A program made the position numbers and the translations under genes. Of a stretch of DNA of 64,000 nt, positions 1-11,598 are shown piece after piece (the first letter of the stretch is position 1; each line of letters starts with the position of its first letter). A model generated the notes under the pieces. It saw only the letters and a program-made list of their open reading frames with translations. It ran no database searches and was not told where the DNA came from. This stretch comes from Callorhinchus milii (Eukaryota). The DNA lies in NCBI RefSeq assembly GCF_018977255.1, contig NW_024704743.1, positions 35,652,001 to 35,716,000 on the forward strand. The letters run 5' to 3'.

Positions 1-54
1 ATTTGCTATAAGTGAAATAACTGTATATTGTGTAGACAAATGGGGTGGGGGTGA

Positions 55-450
55 GGTGGTGGGCAAGGTAAGTGAGGTCTCCTTTGAGCTGAACTGACTC
101 CAATGTAACAACAACAACAACAACTTGCATTTATGTAGAGCTCCTCACGCAGGGTAGCATCCCAGAGTTTGGCAATCGAATGTTGGAGTCGAGCCAGCCC
201 TCTGTAGCGGTTTCGTTAGACCGGTTTCTGAGCCAGGCAGGTACGCGGTATTCCAGGGCAATGCTAACGGTAGACCAGCCAGTCTGGTTCATCAGACAGA
301 CTCAGAGAGGAAGACCAGTAATTGAGGCCAACAATTTTTCACAGTTGGCTTCTGTTAACCATTGCAAGCCAAAGCCTTAAAGGGTAGGCTGGTCCTAGCT
401 GAATAAGCAGCAGAGGCTTGCCAGACAGTGCTCTCAATGACAAACTATGT
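55..450 (+). mobile_element. 3' region fragment of the non-LTR retrotransposon family seen at 12400-13510, interrupted by a short L2 tail (110-167)
   Basis: Aligns by eye with 12903-13230 (e.g. gagctgaact, tattccagggca, gcaagccaaagcc, ggtcctagctg, agacagtgct). Confidence 0.7.
110..167 (-). mobile_element. Extremely 5'-truncated L2 LINE 3' tail
   Basis: (CAA)n followed by cttgcatttatgtagagctcctcacgcagggtagcatc, the reverse complement of the tail ending the L2 at 11075-11598. Confidence 0.75.
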
Positions 451-547
451 GGAGAATTCCTCCCGATGTGAAAGGCTTATCAAAAGATTATTATTCACAG
501 CATCGGTTCGGATGAAGAAGATCTTCCAGCCTATTTGATCTATAGTC

Positions 548-812
548 GGAGTCCTGTAGCTCAGTGGTTAGAGCACTCATATTGCAAGCAAGAGACCTGG
601 GTTCGATTCCCAGCAGGGTGAAACCTTGAGCAAGTTTTTTTACTCCACACGCCTGATAATAATCCCTCAAGAAAAAAAAATAATAATTTGGTCACTCAAT
701 CTACGACTGTTTGGCCAACACTACTATGCGCGATTGGCTGCTGCATTTTGTCCACAAATATAGTCATTTCACTTTACAGAATATTCTGTGAAGCACTTTG
801 AGACATCTCGAG
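548..812 (+). mobile_element. tRNA-derived SINE with L2-type tail, internally deleted
   Basis: Pol III A box TAGCTCAGTGG (557-567) and B box GGTTCGATTCC (~600-610). Body matches copies at 17300-17693 and 52706-53075. Confidence 0.85.
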
Positions 813-972
813 CAGGTGCCTCACGCTAGGGATAGAGTGCATATTCCACTCCAGCTACAGGGAAATTTCCATGTAGATGGCATATATATGTGGAACTATC
901 AGTCTGGTTGGGATGCTCTTAAACATGTTGATGGGTTTCTGCATGTGTCAGACCCTGGATGACCAAACAAAA
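813..972 (+). mobile_element. 3' terminal fragment of the retroelement family at 12400-13510
   Basis: Similar to 13335-13510 (ttcca..., atttccatgta, ggat.ctcttaa.catg, catgtg..agac). Confidence 0.65.
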
Positions 973-1599
973 GGACCTCAATTACACTTAGCTCCATAAG
1001 AAGCTTAACACCCTCATTACCACCTACTTTACAGTAGGTTTGAAAACAAATATCTCCTGAACTGTTCATACATTTCATGACATGAACTCTGTGAAGTATT
1101 TTGAGACATTTCAACATGATAAAGCAATATGTAAAATGGTGTCTACGTGTCAGCCTGGCTTAGTTGGTAGTGGACAAAATATGCCCAGAAAATACACAAT
1201 CACTAAATCATGTGAAGCGCTTTGAGACATTTTCCCAATGCGAAAGGCGCTATATCAAATACAATAATTTTTTTTATTTGTAAAATAAAAAGACTATTAT
1301 GATGATGATGATAATGATGCTGAAGGTTTAAGAATGAATTATGAGGCATCAAGAACAGAGTGGCAATTCAAAGTAAGACAGAGCAGATTGATTCAATTAA
1401 CTTTCGGTCTCCCTTTTGCACCATTAAACATGCTAGAATATTCATTACAGTCAATGTATAGAACATTCCTTTATTTTACATTTTAAATGTATTCAGGCCC
1501 CTTTCCTAACTAATATACTACTGCTTTGATGGTCAAAATCCACTTATACAATGCACAACTGTATCAGCCTTTGACAGTCATTCTCTCTGATTGCTCACT

Positions 1600-1830
1600 T
1601 ATTCTCATCCAGGGAAATTGTAGATGCTGTGATTAGCCTCGGCATCTTCTGAGGGAAAAGACGCTCCCTCTCTCCTGAGTTCCTCCTCTTAACCATTATC
1701 TGGTGATACCTACTGAGGCTATGGACATTGAATGAGGAGAGGATTGGGCTCTGCTGTGGTTCCTATTCCCCTCGTCTGCCCTCTCCCCACTCACAGTACT
1801 ATAAACAGCATAATTCACATAACAGAACGT
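1600..1830 (+). mobile_element. Degenerate copy of an ancient dispersed SINE-like repeat (family F; unnamed here)
   Basis: Similar to 47500-47810, 61290-61700 and the reverse complement of 22270-22520. Confidence 0.45.
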
Positions 1831-2149
1831 CTCTATGCCCTTAACAATAAAATGATTGGAGACTGAACAATATGTGGGGGGGGAATATATAAATGACTTT
1901 ATTCCAGTACTAGACTGTTCTAGGATTCCTGGTCATTGTGAGTTGAGATTCACAATTGAATAGACAAAGTCAATACATTTTGTGAAGTGAGTTTGGATTT
2001 ACAAGAAGCCAGCTTTGGCCTACGCAACTCAAAAGTCCTGGTTTAGTTTGGATTGTTTTCTAAAGTACACTTGTCATCCTAATCTTCTCAATTTCTATTT
2101 TTCTCCCATTTGTTCTCTCTGCAACACAAGTGCCTTGCGGAATACAGAA

Positions 2150-2350
2150 TCACTTGTGCCCTGTTGGCAGCTCTCTGACAGTGTTATTCTAAACTGGCTG
2201 CCAAGCCCCTCAGGAGACTTGAGTAGCCGTTGGCATCTGGGAAACACCAAAGGCCTGAAATCCATTGCGCATTTAGCCTCAAAAGAGGATTTCAATCCAC
2301 AATCTTCTGACTCAGAGGGGAGAGTCCTACAACTGAGCCAGGCTGACACA
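2150..2350 (-). mobile_element. Deu/SacSINE1-like SINE 5' part
   Basis: Reverse complement reads gtcagcctggctcagttg...ctctgagtcagaag, the same head as 15350-15796 and 20907-21287. Confidence 0.6.
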
Positions 2351-3060
2351 TTTAGTTTTTAGAATACCCAGAATTTGGTAAATTCTTCTCGAAGATGTTT
2401 TTCTATAACTTCTTCTACTAGATTTAGAAAATCGATTTCAAAGTTATGATTGAATTTAACAATTATCAATTTCTGCTTGCTCTAAAATGCTACATAAAAT
2501 AGCCTAACTTTAGACCCAGATAAAAGGTCGCTTTACTGATGTGTTCTTGAATCAGTTATAAATGTTGCAAACGTCACCTCAATGTTATAACCTCCCGCTT
2601 TGATTTATAACATTCACGCATTTCTCCTTATAACCTCGAGCAATGCTTTTTTCCCCACAGTTTGCCTGACTGAACTGTTCTATTGCTGAAGGGGATCATC
2701 ATGAGAGTATGTCAATAAAGCAAACAGATTCTGTTTCATTCTTTGTCATCTCTGGCACTACATAGCTTTGTGATAACCAAATGATGATTTATGGCAGTGT
2801 GAATTGAAATGACTATATTTGTCAACTAAACTATGGTTAGACATTGAGTGGTAGTATTTGTACACATGCGGGTGTATGTGAGTGTGAGAGAGCTAGAGGT
2901 GCTGTGAAGTCTGATCCTGTCCGGAATATCATATATAACATTCTTCAGCAGTGATGACTGCATAGCTATCAGGAGGAGGGAGACAGGAGAATGGTAAGTG
3001 ACAGCTGTAGCCCAAGTGAGATCAGCTGACACAGATCAGGGATCATAACTGGGATTTACC

Positions 3061-3200
3061 GTGTACCATAAACAATGGAATTTTTTTTGTATCGGGAGCA
3101 AGGAAAAAATTGTAACAGAAGATGTTGTACATTGCGTTTGTTTGGGATTTCTGTTGCACCAAGTATTATATTTATAAATAAATATTTTTTAAAAAGAAAA
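3061..3200 (+). mobile_element. 140-bp retroelement 3' end (AATAAA + A-rich tail) flanked by a 10-bp direct repeat
   Basis: AATAAA at 3177-3182, A-rich tail to 3200; gggatttacc at both 3051-3060 and 3201-3210. Confidence 0.65.
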
Positions 3201-6200
3201 GGGATTTACCTATTATGCCCTAAATGTGCTGCGTCTCCACCTTACAGTGCCTGGCCAGGGTGAAGGCCGATGTCCTGTACCCGCAGGAGCGCATGATACC
3301 GCACTCCAGCAGCTGAGCGCCTTGGCTAAGTGGTGGTCTCCCTACAGTCCCTCGGTGTGTTCCGGGGGTAACGACTGTCACAGCTCTGGGGTGGCCTTGC
3401 TACTGAGGCGGGGAGACGTGACCATTACTGAGCGCAGGGAAGTGGTGGGAGGGAAATTTCTGGTGGTAAACATAGTGTATAAAGACACTCCTCTCAGATT
3501 GATCAATGTGTACGCCCTCGCGGACAATATAGTGTGCCAGTCCCTATTCCCACCGCCCTCCCACCGCTGTTGATCACGTCCATGCCAGTCGTCCTAGGAG
3601 GGGACTTCAACTGCATCCTGGAAGCAAACGGACAATCCACCAAGTCCGACGGGAAGCTGGACATCACATCCAAGATCCTCCTAAATGTGGTGAAGGATGC
3701 GCAGTTGAGAGATATCTTTAGAGCCCCTGCAAACAGGGCCCAGAGACAGTACACTTACTCCAGACCAAAAAGGTCGATCCACTCACAAATTGATTTCCTC
3801 TTCCTCTCGAAAGGCCTCAAGCCCAGAGACACAGAGATCCAGACTGTGTTCTTCTCTGATCAACGCCTGCTGTTGGCTGACCTGCACCTGCAGGAAGGCC
3901 ACAGGACGGGTAAGGGGAAGTGAAAATTAACTGTAAAGCTGCTGACCCCTGAGAATGTTGAGGAATTGCGCAAAGAGTACCGAGGATGGAAATCTTTGTG
4001 GGATTTCTGCGACTCCACCACAGAATGGTGGGACATGGTAAAGTTCCGGATGAAGCAATTCTTGATCCGCAAGGGAGTGAGGTTAGCCAATGCCAGAAAG
4101 AAGGACATGTCCTGATTACAGACCAAACTGCAGGGCCTTCTGCGGCAACAGGGACTGATATCAGGGAGGAACTCAGGGAGGTGAGGGGTCAGCAAACTGG
4201 GCACTTTGCCTCCGAGGCTTCCAAGGTCATCTTCCACTCCAGGGTGCGCACAATAGAACAGGACGAGATGTGCTTGCGGTTTTTCTTTCAGAAAGCGAAC
4301 AGAGGCACCTCTGTGATTGTTGGGCTGAGGGACGAAACAGGCTTGGTGCATGCAGAGCAGGCCGGTTGCAGAGGATCGTCAGATCCTTTTATTCCAACCT
4401 GTACCGTGGGAAACCCACAGAGAGCATGGGCTCCCAGGATTTCCTGTCCTCACCAAGACTCAGGCTTTCAGGAGGGACGAGAACATCAAAGGTGTCACCA
4501 TCCTGGGCAGCCATGGCTCACAAGCCAATGACTCCCTGTATATGCATGATGTTACCATCTTTTGCACAGACCAAAAATCGGTCGCGAGACTGCTAAGTTT
4601 CTGCAACCGAACAGGCCTCGGGCGTCATGGTCAATCGCCAGAAAAGTGAGGTGATGTATTTTGGGAACTGGCAAGACCACAGCGGTAGGATATTTGTGGT
4701 GAAGCCAAACTACATTAAGGTCCTCGGCATCTGGTTCGGGGCTGCCGGGGTGTGCCAAAAATGCTGTGAGAAGTGTCTAGATACAGTAAGGAAGAAACTG
4801 GGGATGTTGCGCCAGTGCTCACTGTCCATCACAGGAAAAATCCTGGTGATAAAGTGAGAAGCCCTCTCGGTATTATTGTACATGGCCCAGGTCTGGCCTT
4901 TGACCAGGAGAACATCGCTGCAGTCACCAGAGCAGTTTTCAACCTGATCTGGGCGTTCAAGATGGATTGTGTCTGCAAAGACACGATGCACAAGACCCTG
5001 GAGAAGGGTGACAAAGGTGGCCCTAACGTAGCCCTGATCCTCATGGCAATCTTTGTGTGTAGCTGCCTGAGGCTGTGCCTGGAGCCCCGCTAGGCCGGCA
5101 ACAAATGCCGCTATGTGCTGGGCTTCTACCTGTACCTGGTGCTGAGAAGGGTGGGTCTGGCAGAACTGCCTCAAAACGTTCCACACAGTTGGAGTGTGCC
5201 AAAACACCTATCCTATGTAGAGAAATTTCTGAAGAACAACATCCCAGACCCCCGAGCAATCACCCAGTGGTCTGAGCGGCAGGTAGTCAAAACAGTTAGA
5301 AAGGGGAAAAGGGCAGACCCGATTAGGAGGTACCCTGTGGCGACTGCCAGATACGTGTGGCAGAACACCTCGTGATCATCCCTGACCAACAACCATCAGA
5401 ACATGGCCTGGCAGGCGATAAAAGGAGCGTCCCCTCCCCCTCAGGGCTTTCATGCACGGTTGAGGTCTGGGCCAGTCAGCACGCTGCCCTCAGGCCAGTT
5501 GCAGGGTCAAGGAGACTGTGGACTACCTCTTCCTGGAGTGTTGGTACGCGAAGGCGGTTTGGAAAAAAGATGGAATGGCTGCTCTCGCGGTTCGTCCTTG
5601 GGGACCCGCTGTCACGGCACTCAGTGTTTTAAGGCCTCTACCCGGGGCACTCACAATGAAGTGTGCCTGGAGGATCAGCAACAACAACACGAACAACAAA
5701 ATTACATTTGTATAGCGCCTTTCGCGTCGGGAGGACATCCCAAAACACTGGAAACTTGGTAAAGGTGTTCCCTTAGCACTCCTGAAATCTGGTGGTCTTC
5801 TGGCAGAACGAGGAGACAGAGGAGACGGAGAGGGCCTGCCTCAGGCTCGTGCATGCTACGATCAGGGACTATGTACTGAGGGACACACTGAAGCTCGGCT
5901 CAGCCGCGGCAAAGGCCAGATGGCCTGACCCCAGCCGGAGCCGCTCCTGCACTAGCCGCACTCACATCGGCGTCACATCCCCAAGGCCAGGGTCCCTACC
6001 AGTCAGAGGGAAACATCAGGGCGCGCTTACTGGATAATCCACGAGGGCACCCAACACGGTGAATAAATGTGTGTAACCATGTAAGTGCACAGAGGGATGC
6101 TCAAGATGTAAATAAAGAGCGTCCCGTAAATGTATGTCTGCCTGCCTCCCCTCATAAAAAGGGGAGCGGCAGGGAGTGAGGTAGAGGCTCACCGTCCTGA

Positions 6201-6290
6201 AAAGGGACAGCAGAACTGGGACTAGCCCATTCCTGTGTAACTGCTCCCTGTAGAAAAAGGGCACAGAACCCCGGCAGGAATAGGTAACAG
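3201..6290 (+). mobile_element. Decayed Tx1-type (L1 clade) non-LTR retrotransposon: ORF2 pseudogene plus 3' UTR
   Basis: APE endonuclease motifs across frameshifts (LNV..., KADVLYPQE, GVALLLR, LRLINVYA, GGDFNC, SQIDFLF, FSDQ), W-rich linker, RT motif-5 remnant YMHDV (~4540), IKVLGIWF, C-terminal knuckle remnant ETVDYLFLEC, ORF2 end LKLGSAAAKARW (~5920). Many stops and frameshifts. Confidence 0.9.
5679..5752 (-). mobile_element. Short L2 3' tail nested inside the Tx1 ORF2
   Basis: (CAA)n plus tatagcgcctttcgcgtcgggaggacatcccaa, matching the tail of the L2 at 6497-7088. Confidence 0.8.
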
Positions 6291-6309
6291 GTCTGGTCTG
6301 CACTCATAA

Positions 6310-6405
6310 CTCTACTTTTTGGGGGGCAGCTGGGTGTCTGACACATGGGGAAACCCATTACCATGCTTAAGAGTATCCAAATCAAACTGAGATAACTTGC
6401 TTGAT
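6310..6405 (-). mobile_element. 3' terminal fragment of the 12400-13510 retroelement family
   Basis: ccatgcttaagagtatccaaatcaaactgaga is the reverse complement of ~13435-13465. Confidence 0.65.
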
Positions 6406-6496
6406 GATCCTTGCTTGTTCCACCTGCAAATACACAGTCTTTATAGTTTATAGTCTTTAAGTCTTTATAGTTTAAGAGTTTAAAGTTTAAGAGAGT

Positions 6497-7088
6497 TTGA
6501 ACTCTCTCCTCGCTGGCCTTCCCGGCACCTCCCTCCACAAGCTGCAGGCCATTCAGAACTCTGCAGCTCGTGTCCTGTCCCGCACCAGGCTTCGGGACCA
6601 CATCACTCCCACCCTCGCTCGCCTCCACTGGCTCCCCATCCCCCAGAGGATCGAATTCAAGATCCTCATCCTCACCTACAAGGCCATTCCCAGCCTTGAT
6701 CCCTCCTACCTCTCCGACCTACTATCCCCCTACTTACCTGCCCGTACCCTCCGTTCCTCTGGCTCCAGTCTGCTCCACATCCCCTGCCCTAACCGCCCTA
6801 CCATCGGTGGCCGGGCCTTCAGCCCCTCAGCCTCTAGGCTCTGGAACTCTATCCCCCAGTGCCTTCGCCGCCTCCTCCCTTTCTTCCTTCAAGGCCGGTC
6901 TCAAGACCTTTCTCTTTGACCGTGCCTTCAGCTCCCCTCTCGACTCTCTATCCCCTCCTCGTTCCCTCCCTTCCCTCCGCTCACCCTGACCATTTCCCCC
7001 CTGCTCGGGTCCTGACCCAACTGTCCAACGCCTTGGGACGTCCTCCCGACATGAAAGGCACTCTATAAATGAAATCTTGTTGTTGTTG
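6497..7088 (+). mobile_element. L2-clade LINE, 5'-truncated, young (subfamily alpha)
   Basis: ORF2 C-terminus LQAIQNSAARVL...HITPTLARLHWLPIPQRIEFKILILTYKA...RAFS...LWNS...FKAGLKTFLF, then a 3' stem-loop and (TTG)n tail. Confidence 0.95.
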
Positions 7089-7679
7089 TAATCTTGTGAA
7101 GTGCTTCACCTCAATTTTAGTATTGATAAGTCTGGGGAGAGCAAGAACTCACCAGTTCTAGGAGTGAACCTCAGGCTGACTTGCCCACGTCACCATTTAT
7201 CTGGTTGCAGCGCTTCACACAGCCTGTGGCTGAGCTGTTTCACATTCCGAATAGCAAATGAATGAGCACCGTGCTTACGAAAGACATAGACTGATGATAG
7301 CTTCAGGGAACCGTATAAAGCAGTATTTCTTTTGAATATTTTACAATGGGTTTAAAAGAAAGCAAATCACTCCATTCAATGGCTTATTTTATAAAATATT
7401 CATAGTGTAAATAAATCATGTATCTTAAGCAAAACTCACTTATCAATTACTGTTTAAATCTGACAACTTGAATACATGTTCTCGCTCACAGGTGATGGGT
7501 TTGTATGCCCCAGGATATCTCACTGAACTTTAGTTATTTGTGGATGCAGATTTTATCTGAAGCAAAACTCTTCAAAGCAATCGTCTGAAGAACTGCCTGC
7601 TCAGGTGAACATTAAAGATTTGGGTGAAATTTGCAGCCAATGCAATATTTATTGTGTTTGATGAGTTGTGCTTCACCAC

Positions 7680-7741
7680 TGTCAAGCGCTCTGGGATGCT
7701 AACCCTGCATGAGGGGAGCTATATAAAGTTGTTGTTGTTGT
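7680..7741 (+). mobile_element. Short L2 3' tail (subfamily beta)
   Basis: aagcgctctgggatgctaaccctgcatgaggggagctatataaag(ttg)n. Confidence 0.7.
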
Positions 7742-7849
7742 AGATGGAAGAAGATATGTGCCCAACCCGCTCCCCTCTCACTATCATTGCAGGATGCCCT
7801 CATTTTACTATTACAACAACTTGCATTTATAAAGGGAGCTCACATGCAT

Positions 7850-8462
7850 TGTCAGAGGTGCCGTATTTCAGAGGAGACATTAAACTGAGGTTCAATCCAT
7901 TATTCAAAAGGCGAAGGGAGTTTCATGTGGTGTCCTGACCATAAACCCCCAGATTTTTTTGATAAAAGAAAACTGGTTAGTCACCTCCTAGCTGTTTGTG
8001 AAATACTACTGTGTGCTAATTGACTGCCAAGTTTCATTACAAAAACACAGTGATTCCAGCAAATCCTGTGAAGTGCTTTGAGACACTTAGATGATGTGAT
8101 TAAGTGCTATCAAGTTGATTATTACAATGCTACTTATTATTATTAAGGTTGTGGGCTCAAGCCCCACATTTTGAGCTCGCAGTCTAAGCTGATTTTTTGA
8201 GTGTCAGGAGGGTGTGTGGCACGTGTGGAATCCCATCACCATGCTTAAGAGTATTCAAACCAAACAGAAGTCCATGCATCCATGCTCCATGCTGATGCTT
8301 CAAGGCAGCACTGGGGGAGCACTGCATTATTGGAGGTGCTGTCCTTCAGATGATATGTAAACAAAGGTCCCATCTCATTTGCCTTTTCAGGTGGATATTA
8401 CAGATCCAAAGATACTACTTGCAAAAAAAGGGATTTTCTCCCAGTGACCTGGCCAACAATCC
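7850..8462 (+). mobile_element. Two adjacent degenerate Deu/SacSINE1-like SINE fragments; the second carries a nested fragment of the 12400-13510 family (~8205-8300, -)
   Basis: Motifs ggaggtgc.gt..ttcagatga..taaac..agg, caggtgga..ta.agatcc and gtgtcctgg/acc shared with 15350-15796. Confidence 0.6.
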
Positions 8463-8775
8463 TCCAGATGCTGTCAGTGGTTCCTGATAATCCGATGTGC
8501 GTGTCAGTCTTTTTTTAAAATCTTTCCATTTTTGGCACGATAAATAAAATATATCGGCTTTTTCATCCTGATTCATTGTCAGTGAGCATGTCCATACAAG
8601 CTGAGTAAAGCAAAGGTACATGTCTGTTGAATAAGCAGTGAAGCTTGAAAGCCACTCTCTTTTGTCATTAACCAGTTTCTATTATCTGTCTCTGGTAAAC
8701 TTTTAGCCATTTGCAGATGCTTAAAACCCTTATTGGATGTATGGAGAGAAGAATAACTAATTGTAAATACTCCAA

Positions 8776-8900
8776 ACAACAGCAAGATTCCATTTATAGA
8801 GCGCCTTTCACGTCGGGAGGACGTCCCAAGGCGCTGGACAGTTGGGTCAGGATCCGAGTAGGGGGGAAATAGTCAGGGTGAGGGGAAGGAATGGAGGGAC
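8776..8900 (-). mobile_element. L2 3' end (subfamily alpha)
   Basis: Near-identical to the reverse complement of ~6980-7088. Confidence 0.9.
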
Positions 8901-10261
8901 CAAAAACAAGCAAAAACAAACACAATCTTCACTTAATTACTTTGGGGCGGTGGAGGGGGTGGGGTTAAGAATAGCATCAGAGCAGGTCAGTACTCAGCAA
9001 GGGCCAGCAAAATCCTCAAATAAAAATACTATATCCTTAATCAAAATAATAGTTTATTCCAGTGTCCTGGCCAACACAACCCTCCACATGAATAATAATA
9101 ATCATAATCCCTGCAATTGATATAGCACCTAATCATCAAGACATCATCAAAACGTCTCAGGTTATACTGTAAAGTGGATTGACTGTATATTTTGTGGGCG
9201 AAACACCCATAAAATTGATCATTCACATCATGTTGTTTGTGGGACCTTGATTACTGAGCCCAAACTGACAACCACATTTGCCTACAACTACACAGTGACA
9301 ATATTTAACGGCAATTATCTATGAAATGTTTTGAGGCATTTCAACATTATGGACAGTATATCAAAGGCAAAGATTATTATGAGATACTCTTGACTGCTGA
9401 TGTTCTAAAGCCTAAGAGGGAATTGCTGGGAGCAGAACTTGAAACATTGGATTCTATTGGACACATTGACCACACTGAGATTTTAGGAAAAATTTTAAAG
9501 CGAGGTGATGGGGGGGTATCTAACCAGAGATCTTTGCATTACAGAAAAACAGAGGATCTTATTGGAAACAATCTAATTTTAATTAACAACAAAACGGCTT
9601 CTGTGATACCTGGCATGTTTCTTTTAAAGTGGGATGGTTGGTGTATTATTTTAATGAAAACAGTACAAAACAGTAATTTTCTGAAATAATATCTGGTCAC
9701 CATCTGTTTTGAAACATATCTGTGCATGAAACCTGCCTCAGGCATATTCATGGATCACCTTGTATTGTGTCTGAAATCCAGCAGGATCAGGTGCTGGGAG
9801 CAGCAGGTGGCTGAGCTGGGCTAAGCTGACGAGTTTATTGCTCCTACCCAAACCCATTTCCACATATATTCATATTTTGCTGAAGAGAAAAGCAGAGTTG
9901 GCTCTCGTGAGCTGCTCTATAAACTTAATGTGAATGGCCACGGATGGATTTCATGAAGTGCATGTAAAAGCATGGGATAAGTCGGAGTTGTGGAAATTAG
10001 GTTATAGTTATAGGAACTGATTTATTGTTGCATTTAACAATTGCATTTCCATTGTGCGCAACATTATCCATCATCCTGGATTTCAATAAGCTGCCCATTA
10101 CAGTATTGCTGTAACTTTATCAAACAATAATAAACTTTGCCCGCAAAATACACAGTCAATTCACTTTACAATACATTCTATGCAGCGTTTTGAGACATCT
10201 TGATAAGGCACTATATCAAATGCAAACTTTGCTATTATTGTTATTATAAATAAGAATATTT

Positions 10262-10603
10262 TTGTTGTTGATGTAACACGTTATCATGTCATCAAAATGT
10301 CTCAAAGTACTTCACAGGATTTACTATAAAGAATAGTGACTGTATATTTGTGGGCGAACGTGGAAATCAATTTGCACTCAGCAATGTCCAAGAAACAACC
10401 AAGAAGTAAATGATTAATTTTTTAAAGGGGAGTGTTGGCCATCGCATTGGGAGAAACTCCCTTGTATTTTTTCAAATAGTTCACAACCTTTCGTCAAAAC
10501 AAAGTGAGTAAGTCAACCTCCCTGTTAACCTTGCTGTAAGTCAACCTCCCAATGTAGAGGTTGCCTTACAGGCAAGAATGCTGCAGACTGAGCCAGGCTG
10601 ACG
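10262..10603 (-). mobile_element. Degenerate Deu/SacSINE1-like SINE
   Basis: Tail, gttggcc..ca..gggagaaactccc core and actgagccaggctgac head. Confidence 0.6.
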
Positions 10604-10811
10604 ACAATGCATACTCCAGAGCTACCAAAAGTCATTGATTAAATCACTCATTTCAGTTGAAAAATCTAACCTATTTTGATGTACATCAATTTAAAAAGAA
10701 ACACAGCTCCATTTATGTAATCAGTAAGTACAGCGGTTATGAAATCAGTGCAGTAACTGTGTAATTTAGTAAGCAGATTTATATTCTGTTCTAATACTAA
10801 AAGCAACAGGT

Positions 10812-10972
10812 ATTCTGGCAAGAATACTGCTCGCTAATTTTAAAACTAATATTTGCGATAACATGTCAGAGTCTAAAATTTTGCACGTTTTTCCACACAA
10901 CACTGCCGCTAAATTTAATGTCAATATGCAACTTCACCCTCTAAAATTGGCGTGCAATATTCTGGCCAGAAT
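10812..10972. mobile_element. MITE-like element with ~33-bp imperfect terminal inverted repeats
   Basis: Left end attctggcaagaatactgctcgctaatttta; reverse complement of right end attctggccagaatattgcacgccaatttta. Confidence 0.65.
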
Positions 10973-11074
10973 TCAAGCGCTCCGAGATGCTGTTCAGTGT
11001 GAAGGGCGCTACATAAATGCAAGTTGTTGTTGTTGATATGTAATCTGTACATCATGTGCACCCAGCATTAAATC

Positions 11075-11598
11075 TCTGACTCGCCGGTCTCCCCAGCACC
11101 ACTGTTCATTTGGAACTCTGCCACCTGCGTACTTGCCCAGGCCAAACTCCGTACCCATATCTCACCAGTTCTGGTCAGGTTCCACTGGCTCCCAATCACC
11201 GAACGGATCGACTTTAGGATCCTCACACTTGTGTTCAAATCCCTTCACTCGCTGGTACCTCCCTATCTCTCCAACCTCCTCAGTCCACAATCCACCACCC
11301 GGCGCCTCCGCTTCACTGGCACCAGCCTCCTGCTTGTCCCTCGAACCCTCCTCCCCACCATCGGAGGTCACTCATTCAGCCACTACACCCCAAAACTCTG
11401 GAACACACTCCCTCAATCCCTCCGCCTTCCCCCCTATCTCCCCTTTTCCACATCCCACCTGAATACCTTCCTCTTCAAACGTGGTTAAGGCCACCTGCCC
11501 CTCCACACGCTCGGCTCAGAATCTGGCTCCGCCACTGTTAAGCGCTCTGAGACACTACCCTGCGTGGAGGGCGCTATATAAGTGCGAGTTGTTGTTGT
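11075..11598 (+). mobile_element. L2-clade LINE, 5'-truncated (subfamily beta)
   Basis: FKSLHSLVPPYLSNLL...IGGHSFSHYTPKLWNTLP..., tail agcgctctgagacactaccctgcgtggagggcgctatataag...(TTG)n. Confidence 0.9.

Noticed and set aside
548..620. tRNA gene (also 17620-17693, 47157-47230, 53000-53075)
   Set aside because: A/B boxes are present, but anticodon regions differ among copies and each continues into the same repeat body. These are SINE heads.
3226..6037. Overlapping ORFs as host genes
   Set aside because: They are frameshifted pieces of one Tx1 ORF2 or its antisense shadows.
9321..9689. 122-aa ORF
   Set aside because: Starts within a SINE tail; the remainder has at most faint CR1-like similarity and no exon signals.
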